This document shows, piece after piece, positions 8,652 through 17,478 of a DNA stretch of 64,000 nt. Under the pieces are notes generated by a model that did no database searches, was not told the origin of the DNA, and saw only the letters and a program-made list of their open reading frames with translations. The stretch's first letter is position 1. Each line of letters starts with the position of its first letter. Origin of the DNA: a virus. Its lineage: Duplodnaviria; Caudoviricetes. Location of the stretch: IMG/VR virus record IMGVR_UViG_3300011008_000043, positions 9,257-73,256 of that record; one strand, written 5' to 3'. The position numbers and the translations under genes are program-made.

Positions 8652-8957
8652 ATGAACAGCGAGCGGTATTTGAAGATCATCCAGACGGCGGTAAACAACT
8701 GGCACATGACGCGGAGGGCGGCGACTCTGATTATCACGGGCCTGTGCCTCATGGCAAAGAATCCCGATCAGCCTGACCTTTGCCAGTACATGAAGATGAT
8801 CGGGATTCTGATGGGGCTGAATGCGACGGAGGCAATCAGCGACTACCAGTACGAGCAGCTTCACAGCGTTGTAGATCAGATTGACACGGTTTTACACGAC
8901 AGTAAATCCGCGTACGAGCTGATTGAAAGCACATTCGCGGAAGAATATCTCGGATGA
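8652..8957 (+). CDS. Hypothetical early protein
   Basis: GGAGG RBS, 101 aa. Confidence 0.6.
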   Translation: MNSERYLKIIQTAVNNWHMTRRAATLIITGLCLMAKNPDQPDLCQYMKMIGILMGLNATEAISDYQYEQLHSVVDQIDTVLHDSKSAYELIESTFAEEYLG

Positions 8958-9383
8958 AGGGAGGGAGACACCATGACGATGAAGGAAAAGATCAGGATTC
9001 ACGTGGAGATCGAAGCAGAAAACAAGCGGAAACTGGAAGAATTCAAGAAGGGAGAAAAGGCAGCATAATTTGCAGACGGCAGGCCTGCCGGGGAGCCTCA
9101 AATCCCCGGCATTCATTGTAGAAAGCGGAGGGACGGAAAATGAAGCTGACCTATGCGGAGTGGAAAGAACACAAAGACCTGCTGAATGAGTTTGGAGAGC
9201 ATAACAACAGCGACGGAGACAAAGCGCGAGAGTTCGTCAGAAGGATAAAGAGCGAGGCGAAGATCGAGCTGCCGGATGACCTGTACAAAGGGATGGAAGA
9301 ATTCAAGAGCGACATCTAATTTACCCGAGTGGCCTTTGAGAGCTTTTTCGGAAAGCGGCACAGCAGACAGACGGAGAAAGACG

Positions 9384-9653
9384 ATGAACAGTGAGGTTCG
9401 GATAGGTGACCGCGTCAAGGTAAAAGACAATGGCGCATTCGTAACGCACATCACACCACGGTGGGCCTACAGCTATTACGGAACGGTAATCAGACTGAAT
9501 CCGCAATCTGTAACGGTACGGCTTGATGATTTCGACGGAATGAAAATCAGGGTAGATTACATCGACCTGACGATAATCAAAAGAGCGGAGGCGGCGCAGG
9601 ATGACCAGCAGAGAGCTATACAGGGAAGCAGAGCGGCTATACCGGAACGTTGA
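9384..9653 (+). CDS. Hypothetical protein, SH3/KOW-like beta barrel
   Basis: IGDRVKV...G.V..L motif; GGAG RBS. Confidence 0.5.
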   Translation: MNSEVRIGDRVKVKDNGAFVTHITPRWAYSYYGTVIRLNPQSVTVRLDDFDGMKIRVDYIDLTIIKRAEAAQDDQQRAIQGSRAAIPER

Positions 9654-9739
9654 TTGGACAAACCGGCAGAGCATACATGAGTACAACGAAAAAGTGAGAG
9701 AGCTGCACAGGCAGCGGGAAAGAGAGGCAGAGGAAAGCA

Positions 9740-9997
9740 ATGAACACGGAATTAGACGATAAGCTGTACGAGCTACAGAAGGCTTGCAGACGGCACAGTG
9801 ACCCGCTGGCAGACTGGGTACTGTTTGCGATCAGCAGACACATCAATACGGGCAGAGCTACACCGGCATTCATTCGCGGATTCATCGCCGTATCGGAGAA
9901 GGATTTCCCGGACATGATTACTCGCTGCCTGAACGGCGACAGAAGCGACAACGGCATCATGAAGACGGCGAAGAAATATATCAGGGAGATCAGATGA
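9740..9997 (+). CDS. Hypothetical early protein
   Basis: GAGG RBS, 85 aa. Confidence 0.6.
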   Translation: MNTELDDKLYELQKACRRHSDPLADWVLFAISRHINTGRATPAFIRGFIAVSEKDFPDMITRCLNGDRSDNGIMKTAKKYIREIR

Positions 9998-10488
9998 CAG
10001 GGAGACAGAGAATGGAAAAAACACGGTTGCAGGGAGTCGGATTGCATCCGGCAATCCCAGCAAAGGAACTGAAACCCGGAATGACGGCGGTATGGAATTT
10101 CGGATACACTTCCCGAATAAAGGCGGTCGAACCGACAAAAACCGGGAAGATGGTCACGGTCACATCGGAGAGCAACGGCAAAGAGTACCAGCGACGTTTC
10201 GGAGCAGACCGGCTCGTCGCGGTGGAAATGGAGCCGTTCGACGGCGGCGAAGTCATCAAAATGCAGGCAGGATATAGCGCCTGCGATTATACGGATTACC
10301 AGAGGAAATATATCGAAGATGTAGGCGGCAGGATTGACGAAAAGACCGGAATGATTACGATCAGCAGAAAGAACCTCCTGAACCGCGCTTACGCGAGCAA
10401 GAGCATAATCGATTCAAGCATCTACACGTGGATGCTGCCCGGAAGCTGCCTCATATTTGAAGGACGACATTTCACTATTACAGACTGA
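9994..10488 (+). CDS. Hypothetical early protein
   Basis: Overlapping ATGA coupling with upstream gene. Confidence 0.55.
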   Translation: MTGRQRMEKTRLQGVGLHPAIPAKELKPGMTAVWNFGYTSRIKAVEPTKTGKMVTVTSESNGKEYQRRFGADRLVAVEMEPFDGGEVIKMQAGYSACDYTDYQRKYIEDVGGRIDEKTGMITISRKNLLNRAYASKSIIDSSIYTWMLPGSCLIFEGRHFTITD

Positions 10489-10505
10489 AAGGAAGGAAAC
10501 AGAAG

Positions 10506-11471
10506 ATGAAGAAAGCAGAACTCAACCTCGCAGGAACTTTATATGGAGTCGCAGTCGGAGACGCACTGGGCGCACCGGTCGAATTCATGGGCGAAGAATC
10601 AATCAAAAGGCAGTACGGGAAGATCACGACGATGAAGAGCGGAGGCTGGATGAATGTAGAACCCGGCGAAGTAACGGACGATACACAGATGACTTTGTGC
10701 GTCGCAAGAGGCATCACGGAGAACCCGGATGCACCAGTGGAGGCAATCGGGCGCGAGTTCATCCGCTGGATCGAATCAAGGCCGAAAGACGTAGGCTCGA
10801 CGTGCGCAGGAAGTATTTTCAGGGCGATAGACAAGGCGGCTCCCGGAAGAGTTCCGACAGAAGCACAATGGATGAAAGCGAGCGAGGAAAACCATAGGCA
10901 GCTCGGAGGCCGCAGCGGAGGGAACGGAAGCCTGATGCGGACGGCATACGTCGGAATGTATTATGAAGGCGAAGAAGCGACTAAGAAGGCATATCAAATT
11001 AGCCGGATGACCCATTGGGATGAAGAAGCAGGACACATCTGCTCGCTGTATAGCTGGATTATCAGCACGATATGCGACGAAAGCCTTACAACGGAGGAAA
11101 GATACTATCAGTTTTTTCAGGCAATCGTCAAGAGCGAGTACAATGATGCCACAGAAGAGGATTTCAGGCCACGTCCTACCGGATACGTTGTGGACAGCTT
11201 TAAGGCGGCAATCTGGGCCATTGTGAAAGCGAGACGGACGGTCACAATATGGGAGCGGCTTTTCAGAGAAGCGGTAGAAAACGCGGTGAACCTCGGAGGC
11301 GATGCGGATACCATAGGAGCCATCACGGGCGGGCTGGCAGGCGCGATCTGCGGCATTGGTGGAATACCATACGAATGGCTCATAGAGCTGAACCACGATG
11401 TAAAGGAAACCATGAACACGCTCATTGGATACGCTTTGAAGCACAGCATTGACCCAAATGAAAAAGAATGA
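10506..11471 (+). CDS. ADP-ribosylglycohydrolase (DraG/ARH family)
   Basis: G.AVGDALGAPVEF, GEVTDDTQM, GGNGSLMR, TH and GGDADTIGAITGGLAGA motifs. Confidence 0.93.
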   Translation: MKKAELNLAGTLYGVAVGDALGAPVEFMGEESIKRQYGKITTMKSGGWMNVEPGEVTDDTQMTLCVARGITENPDAPVEAIGREFIRWIESRPKDVGSTCAGSIFRAIDKAAPGRVPTEAQWMKASEENHRQLGGRSGGNGSLMRTAYVGMYYEGEEATKKAYQISRMTHWDEEAGHICSLYSWIISTICDESLTTEERYYQFFQAIVKSEYNDATEEDFRPRPTGYVVDSFKAAIWAIVKARRTVTIWERLFREAVENAVNLGGDADTIGAITGGLAGAICGIGGIPYEWLIELNHDVKETMNTLIGYALKHSIDPNEKE

Positions 11472-11510
11472 TACAATACGAATACATTTTAGCAAAGGGA
11501 GGGACGCGGC

Positions 11511-11723
11511 ATGGGAATGATAACGCTGAAGGAATACGCGGAGCGGAACGGAAAGAACCATACGACGACGGTTCAGAAAGCAGCGCGAGGCGGCTTTACA
11601 ACGGCCCGAAAGATCGGCTGCCAGTGGTTCATTGATGAAGACGAACCGTTTGTCGATTACAGAATCCATTCGGGAATTTATGTCGGAAAGTCGGGACAGC
11701 GAAAAAAAGTTTCGAAATCCTGA
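11511..11723 (+). CDS. Small HTH DNA-binding protein
   Basis: ITLKEYAERNGK...A.K.G..W.IDEDEP pattern. Confidence 0.65.
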   Translation: MGMITLKEYAERNGKNHTTTVQKAARGGFTTARKIGCQWFIDEDEPFVDYRIHSGIYVGKSGQRKKVSKS

Positions 11724-11730
11724 AATCCAT

Positions 11731-11757
11731 AGCCTGCCTTGCTCGGCAGGCTTTTTT
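11731..11757 (+). terminator. Intrinsic terminator
   Basis: AGCCTGCC-loop-GGCAGGCT then TTTTT. Confidence 0.85.
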
Positions 11758-11805
11758 CATGCAGATTTGATACGCATTTTCGTATTTTTTTGAAAAAATA
11801 TCAAT

Positions 11806-11852
11806 TTTTTTCGTTTTTGCCTATTGACAAAACGAAAAAGAAAGAGTAAAAT
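11806..11852 (+). promoter_or_regulatory. Sigma70/SigA promoter, copy 2 (identical to 7335-7381)
   Basis: Exact 47-bp repeat containing TTGACA-17-TAAAAT. Confidence 0.85.
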
Positions 11853-11903
11853 TCGTGTCGTTGGATGGGAAACCACGACGAAATCAAGCAGGAGGATACG
11901 AAA

Positions 11904-12281
11904 ATGAAGATCACGAAGAAGGCCATCAAGGAAGCTCCCGAATACATGCTGGTTATCGACTGGAAAGCTGAGAAGCGGACGGAAATGAACGACCCCTTCA
12001 CTTACAAGCTCCTGAACGCCACGAACGTATTCGAGGCCATGAATGAAGCGGAGAAGGAAATCGACGAAACGGTCTACCTCGTGAAGCTCCTTCAGAAGAC
12101 CGGAGAGATCGATAAGGAAGACGGAGAAGAAGCGACGCTCGGAATCATCTACAGTGCGGTACTCTGCAACAGGACGAACGGATGGCACACGAATGATTAC
12201 GATCACGGCGAAGGCAGATTCGAAGCTACCTACAACCCGAACTGGAGCTGGTTACCGATCAGTTTCTACCGGGGAGAGTAA
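11904..12281 (+). CDS. Hypothetical early protein
   Basis: GGAGG RBS, ATG 11904. Confidence 0.6.
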   Translation: MKITKKAIKEAPEYMLVIDWKAEKRTEMNDPFTYKLLNATNVFEAMNEAEKEIDETVYLVKLLQKTGEIDKEDGEEATLGIIYSAVLCNRTNGWHTNDYDHGEGRFEATYNPNWSWLPISFYRGE

Positions 12282-12493
12282 GACGGAACCTGAACGACAG
12301 AGCTGACCTACCGGCTACACGGGGAGAAAGGAAACCACGATGGATACATACACGATCTGCCTGCTGGCTTGGTACTTCGGGATGACTCCGAAAGACGTTA
12401 CAAAGCGCGACTGGACGCAGGAAGACATCGACAAAGCTCAGGCCTACTGCGAAAAGAAGCACACTGACCCGATCGAATATTGGAGGTAAAAAG

Positions 12494-12718
12494 ATGAATT
12501 TCAATAAGGATTACCGGATGGGAAGCACGAGCGTTACAAGCATCAGCAGCGTTTGCGAGGATGAAGAACTGGCGCGGGCAATCCGGCAGAGCGACTACAT
12601 CAGGAACGAAACACTCAACCGGACATGGGCTATCCCGTCGATGAAGTACAAGAGCCTGAAGTGGAAGAATCGGTACTACGATCACTTCCGGCAGCAGGTT
12701 ATCGCGGAGCTGAACTAA
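12494..12718 (+). CDS. Hypothetical early protein
   Basis: GGAGG RBS, 74 aa. Confidence 0.55.
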   Translation: MNFNKDYRMGSTSVTSISSVCEDEELARAIRQSDYIRNETLNRTWAIPSMKYKSLKWKNRYYDHFRQQVIAELN

Positions 12719-12766
12719 AAAAAATCCCGCCACGGAGGTTACGACGGCAGAAAGGAAGGTAACACA

Positions 12767-13837
12767 ATGAAGTACGGACGCACACTGCAGGAACTCGCTC
12801 AGGAACTCGACCGGCAGGTCACCGCGAAGAGGGACTACCTCGTGGACACTCGCAATCTGGTAATGGACAGCATCAACGATGGATTCCAGATGCAGATGCA
12901 GAACAGCGCGAATCACAGCAGCACGATTTTCGGAGTGAACGACATCGCTCACCGGCAGATCGGCTCCGCGCTGAAGATTCCGGCGAAGTATTACGACATG
13001 ATGCGGACAGAGAACCCGGAACTCCTGACGGCGAACGTCAATAGCTGGTTCAACAAGAACCCGATGACCCGGATGGTAAGGACGATGGACGGGACGGCCC
13101 GCGCATTCCTGAGCGACAGATACCGGCGCATCGACAATTACGAGATCGCGCAGACGGTTCTCCCGATTCTGTTCGAGCTGGACGGCGCGAAGGTTGAAAG
13201 CTGCGAAGTCACGGAGCAGCGGATGTATATCAAGGTCGTAAACCCGCGCTTGGAGACGGAGGTTGTTCCGGGGGATTACGTACAGAGCGGAATGATCATT
13301 TCCAACAGCGAAGTCGGGATGGGAAGCATGGCAATCCAGCCGCTGATCTACAGGCTGGCTTGCACCAACGGCATGATCGTAAACGACGCGGCAACCCGGA
13401 AGTATCACATCGGGCGCGGGAATCAGGCCGATGAAGATTACTCCCTGTACTCGGACGCGACACTGGAAGCGGATGACAAGGCACTGATGCTGAAGGTGAG
13501 AGACACCGTGAAGGCGGTGATCGATGAGGTTCAGTTCCAGAAGGTTGTCAAGATGATGAGGGACGCGAAAGAGGCGAAGATCACCGGACGGGTGCCTCAG
13601 GTGGTGGAGCTTGCCAGCGCGGACTACGGATTCACGAAAAAGGAAGGCGATAACATTCTCGAACACCTGATCAAAGATGGAGATTTCACGCTGTACGGAC
13701 TGGCGAATGCGGTCACGCGAGCAGCACAGGATGTCGAGAGCTACGACAGATCGACGGACATGGAGAGCATCGGATACACGGTTCTGGGAATGAGCCGCGA
13801 CCGCTGGAACAAGCTGAACAGCGCACTCTCCGCGTAA
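12767..13837 (+). CDS. DUF932 family protein
   Basis: VRTMDGTARAFLSDRYRRIDN, NSEVG.GS..I.PL.YRL.CTNG motifs. Confidence 0.8.
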   Translation: MKYGRTLQELAQELDRQVTAKRDYLVDTRNLVMDSINDGFQMQMQNSANHSSTIFGVNDIAHRQIGSALKIPAKYYDMMRTENPELLTANVNSWFNKNPMTRMVRTMDGTARAFLSDRYRRIDNYEIAQTVLPILFELDGAKVESCEVTEQRMYIKVVNPRLETEVVPGDYVQSGMIISNSEVGMGSMAIQPLIYRLACTNGMIVNDAATRKYHIGRGNQADEDYSLYSDATLEADDKALMLKVRDTVKAVIDEVQFQKVVKMMRDAKEAKITGRVPQVVELASADYGFTKKEGDNILEHLIKDGDFTLYGLANAVTRAAQDVESYDRSTDMESIGYTVLGMSRDRWNKLNSALSA

Positions 13838-13886
13838 ACCACAAAGGACGCTGTGCTAGCGGCGAGACGGGCAGGAAGGAAGACGG

Positions 13887-14105
13887 ATGCAGGCAACGCT
13901 CAGGAAGCGAGACAGATATCGGGACGAACCGGGCGAAGACAGAATCCAGATCGACAACGTGATCAATGTGGAGATTAGCCTCGGTTCGCCGGATTTAACG
14001 GGACTCTGGACGGGATACGGATACCATATGGCGACGATCACGGCAGAGGGCATCGACGGACAGCAGAGCTACAATCTCGAAGTTTACCATATGATCATTT
14101 CATAG
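13887..14105 (+). CDS. Hypothetical protein
   Basis: GGAAG RBS, 72 aa. Confidence 0.5.
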   Translation: MQATLRKRDRYRDEPGEDRIQIDNVINVEISLGSPDLTGLWTGYGYHMATITAEGIDGQQSYNLEVYHMIIS

Positions 14106-14114
14106 GAGGATAGG

Positions 14115-14426
14115 ATGAAGAAGATTACGAAAGAGAACTGGCCTGATGACTGGGAAAAGGTTCCGGCATGGACGATGGTCGATGAAGAAATGTACAATCG
14201 TTTTCTGAACTCACTACCACCGGTTAGCTTCTATCCAGATCATTTTCAGGCAGGTGGAGTCTACTCGCATGAAGAGGATGCATGGGGACGGCTCCACGGG
14301 CTGTATATGACGTTCGCAGACTGCGGCAAAGACGGACTGTACTATCTCGGGCTTTGCCAGAAGGAAAAATACCCGGAAAAGGATATCGAAGCGATTAAGA
14401 AGGCAAGGGAGGAAAACGGATTATGA
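14115..14426 (+). CDS. Hypothetical protein (DUF1419-like EEMY..FL..LPP motif)
   Basis: GGAGG RBS; motif recognised by eye. Confidence 0.5.
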   Translation: MKKITKENWPDDWEKVPAWTMVDEEMYNRFLNSLPPVSFYPDHFQAGGVYSHEEDAWGRLHGLYMTFADCGKDGLYYLGLCQKEKYPEKDIEAIKKAREENGL

Positions 14427-14798
14427 AGACGATTGGACAGAAGGCGCGGAAGCCGCTCCCCTATTATGTGCGGTGGTACGAAAGCGCAGGCGTGTATACG
14501 GTGCTACGGAATAAGAGCTTTGCAGACCCGGCAGCGCGAGATAAGTTTGCGCGGAAACTTCCCCGGAAGGAAAATTTCGCCGGATACGCGAGATAAGGGA
14601 GGGCAGAATGAAAGTCAGATATATGCTCGCCTGCATGAACGCATGGATTGACGGAATGGTCATTGATGATTTTAGCTCAGAAGAAGAGGCGATCAGGTAC
14701 GCGGCAGATTATGAAGCGAGGCTATACAGGGTAGAAGAAGACGGAAGAATGACAGAGGTCTGGAAACCCGGACAGGACGACTGAGGGAGGGAAAGAGG

Positions 14799-15113
14799 AT
14801 GGCAGCATACAGATACTATTTACCGTACAGGATACCGGAACCCGGCGCAGTACCGGACAGCACGAAAGTCATCAACTGCGAATGCTTCGCAGGAAGGCAG
14901 TACGTACAGCACGTCGGGCAGGCCTACGGCTGGGTTGAATACGAGTATCCTCTGACGGAGAAGCAGGTCAAAGACTACGAGCTGGTAGAAGCGACGCTTC
15001 CGTATACGATCTTCTTCCCGGGCGGGGATATGTACACGATTTACACCACGGACAGAAACGCGGATGAAATGCGGACGAAACACGGAATCGAGATTGCGCC
15101 GAACGGGAGGTGA
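14799..15113 (+). CDS. DarA C-terminal-like (defence-against-restriction-related) small protein
   Basis: YY...R.P.PGAVP...YG.VEY..PLT.KQV.DYEL pattern resembles DarA_C domain. Confidence 0.5.
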   Translation: MAAYRYYLPYRIPEPGAVPDSTKVINCECFAGRQYVQHVGQAYGWVEYEYPLTEKQVKDYELVEATLPYTIFFPGGDMYTIYTTDRNADEMRTKHGIEIAPNGR

Positions 15114-15117
15114 GCGA

Positions 15118-15309
15118 ATGCTATACGAGGTAAGCCAGCACAAAGAAAGCGGCCTGTACTACATCCACACGATTGGATACCCATACATCCCGGTATTCGG
15201 CAGCTTCACGGAAAAGAAAGCAGAGGCAACAAAGCTGGCAGCGAATTACAGCGGATTCACAAAGGTGACGGAATACCGGCAGGCACTCAGACGGAAACAG
15301 AAAAGCTGA
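15118..15309 (+). CDS. Hypothetical protein
   Basis: GGAGG RBS, ATG 15118. Confidence 0.5.
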   Translation: MLYEVSQHKESGLYYIHTIGYPYIPVFGSFTEKKAEATKLAANYSGFTKVTEYRQALRRKQKS

Positions 15310-15315
15310 ACAGAA

Positions 15316-15346
15316 AAACGCCATTCAATCACGAATGGCGTTTAAT
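15316..15346 (+). terminator. Terminator ending the accessory region
   Basis: AAACGCCATTC-6-GAATGGCGTTT. Confidence 0.75.
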
Positions 15347-15569
15347 TTAATTTAATTCGTCGCTCTGCTGTCTTCAGACGAAAAGAAGAAGAAATACCCA
15401 TTAAAAAATGCATCGGCCTCAGATCGCAAATTTGGCTCAAAAACGACAGTGCGGATTAAAAAGAGCGGAGCAGAACGAAAGATCGCAGAGGTCATTTACC
15501 ACGTTTTTACCACGTACGATACGATAGATACGGCAGATACGGCAGGAAGACCGGGAACCGGGCAAAGGG

Positions 15570-15604
15570 AAAGCCCTGTGAAATCAGGCGTTTCACAGGG
15601 CTTT
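15570..15604. terminator. 14-bp perfect hairpin 3' of the tRNA fragment (replacement terminator for the target tRNA)
   Basis: AAAGCCCTGTGAAA-7-TTTCACAGGGCTTT. Confidence 0.75.
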
Positions 15605-15609
15605 TCTCT

Positions 15610-15652
15610 GTCGAAGTGGCGGGATTCGAACCCGCGGCCTTTTGGTCCCGAA
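15610..15652 (-). pseudogene. 3' half of tRNA-Pro(CGG) = att core
   Basis: Minus strand reads TTCGGGACCAAAAGGCCGCGGGTTCGAATCCCGCCACTTCGAC: anticodon loop, T-arm, acceptor 3' strand; 5' half absent. Confidence 0.85.
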
Positions 15653-15748
15653 ACAAGGAGTCATATTCGCTCTCCTCCTTGTAAATCAAGCACTTTCTCA
15701 TCATCGCTGAGGCAATTTACCACATATTTACCACGTGGCACCAAAATA

Positions 15749-17017
15749 TTACCCCAAATCAGGCGGCTTGTCAACGGTGACGAACAGCTTCCAGATCGCT
15801 GGCGCAGGAAGCGCGGCAGCATCATTTTTCATCCGGTCAGAAATCCACGAATCAAAGAGAGCTACCATCTGTTTCCGGGAGGCGGCATCGCGCTCCTTGG
15901 ACAGGTGGGTGTACAAATCCATGGTCACACGGATATCGGCGTGACCGAGGAAATACTGAGCGGCTTTCACCGGAACCCCAGCATCATAAAGGGCGGTCGC
16001 GTAGGTATGCCTCAGGTCGTGGCAGGTGAAAGAGAAGACGATGTAATCCGGGGAAGCGCGGAGATCGTTGCGGGCTTTTTCCGCAGCGCGGGAAACCCGG
16101 ACGCGGTTGTCAGGCGGCTCTCCATTCAGGATTCTCGTCATAACATCGCAGAAATGGTCTATTCCCCGCTTGACGGCGGTCGCGGTAAGAGGTTTACCGC
16201 GGGCAGAGAGACAGACCCTCCCTGTACGTTTTTTCTCCGGAATTGAGGATAGAGCATTAAAGAGGGCCTTAGGCATTGGAAGGACGCGGATTCCAGCATC
16301 CGTCTTGGCTCGTTTTTCGATCGCGGTCTGGTTTTTCAGGACGATAGCAACCTGAGAGACGGAGACGGTACGATGTTCCAGATCGACATCCGACCAATCA
16401 AGGGCCATCATTTCAGAGCGGCGCAGGCCGGTGAGAAGCATGAGCAAAACCCAAAGACCGGCGCAGGTCGATTCGCAATTCCAGTTCGCCAGAATCAGCT
16501 CAATTTCCCAGCGGTCGAGACAACGGTGAGTTCCTTTGACAAAGGGCGGCATAGAAAGATCATCAGCAGGATTTTCGCTGATGATCTTATTTTTTTGCGC
16601 ACGGAGAAACACTCGCCGGATGCACTGTATGTATTTATCGACGGTGGAGAAGGACATACCAGCGACGGCATTAAGCGCGGACTGAAGATCAGATTCCCGG
16701 ATATCTACCATGCGTTTCCAGCCTAAAGCCTCTACAAGACGGTCATAAGGAACCGAATCAATGTCCAAATAGGCAGAATGAACATTCTTGCGATAGGTGC
16801 GTTTGAAGATAGAAACCCATTCCGCAACGGTAATGTCCTGCGAGAAAGCAGAACCGGCAAGCATCCTCTCTTTGTACTCATCACGTTTACGCTCGGCTTC
16901 GGCGCGGGAATGACCGTAGAAGTATTTACGGTCAGGCTTGCCATCTGCGCGGAAGCCTACCTGAAGCGAAACCTGAATCAAACCATCAGGCCGCTCGCCT
17001 TTTCGCTTCTTAGCCAT
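15749..17017 (-). CDS. int: Tyrosine integrase
   Basis: N-terminal arm-binding RPDG..Q...G...YFYG; GLRRSE, HDLRHTYAT, LGHADI.VT..LYTH. Confidence 0.95.
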   Translation of the reverse strand: MAKKRKGERPDGLIQVSLQVGFRADGKPDRKYFYGHSRAEAERKRDEYKERMLAGSAFSQDITVAEWVSIFKRTYRKNVHSAYLDIDSVPYDRLVEALGWKRMVDIRESDLQSALNAVAGMSFSTVDKYIQCIRRVFLRAQKNKIISENPADDLSMPPFVKGTHRCLDRWEIELILANWNCESTCAGLWVLLMLLTGLRRSEMMALDWSDVDLEHRTVSVSQVAIVLKNQTAIEKRAKTDAGIRVLPMPKALFNALSSIPEKKRTGRVCLSARGKPLTATAVKRGIDHFCDVMTRILNGEPPDNRVRVSRAAEKARNDLRASPDYIVFSFTCHDLRHTYATALYDAGVPVKAAQYFLGHADIRVTMDLYTHLSKERDAASRKQMVALFDSWISDRMKNDAAALPAPAIWKLFVTVDKPPDLG

Positions 17018-17478
17018 CAGGATACCTCCACGATATAGGTGGAGCCAAATGGTACGAGAGACAGACCGGAATAAGACGACAGAAGCCACGTCACAGTATA
17101 CCGGTCGAAGGATTCCATGAGGGCGGCGCGAAGCTCGGAGACGGTGACGGCAGAATCAGATTCCCGGATAAAATCACAGGCAGCGGCAGCGCAGTCTCGT
17201 CGCTCAGACAACTGAGCGAGGGACATATTCAGATCTGCGGCAGAGATAAGGCCGGACGAGAAGCAGCGACGAAAAGCCGCCTCAGCAACAGACCAATCTC
17301 CGACGCGCTGCATCCGCTCAGAGAGAGACAGTAAAGCGTCTTCCTCGGAAGATGAAAGGGAGACAAAATAATCGCTACTACCACAACTGGAACATGGGAG
17401 CTGGAGAAGAGCCTGAGACAGAGAAGCAGACTGTCCGCAGGAAGAACACCAAATCAAATCGTCCATGAGACACCTCAA
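17017..17478 (-). CDS. Zn-ribbon-containing hypothetical protein in the lysogeny operon
   Basis: CSSC...CSSCGS N-terminus; translationally coupled to int. Confidence 0.6.
   Translation of the reverse strand: MRCLMDDLIWCSSCGQSASLSQALLQLPCSSCGSSDYFVSLSSSEEDALLSLSERMQRVGDWSVAEAAFRRCFSSGLISAADLNMSLAQLSERRDCAAAACDFIRESDSAVTVSELRAALMESFDRYTVTWLLSSYSGLSLVPFGSTYIVEVS

Larger units (their letters stand above)
15495..15736. other. attP region: core plus arm-type integrase sites on both sides
   Basis: TTTACCAC(G/A)T repeats at 15495, 15506, 15716 and 15727 flank a tRNA fragment adjacent to the integrase 3' end. Confidence 0.75.

Noticed and set aside
12398-13666. 422-aa minus-strand ORF
   Set aside because: Shadow of the DUF932 gene, caused by codon bias
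15610-15652. Functional tRNA-Pro gene
   Set aside because: D-arm and 5' acceptor strand are missing; only the att-core 3' half is present
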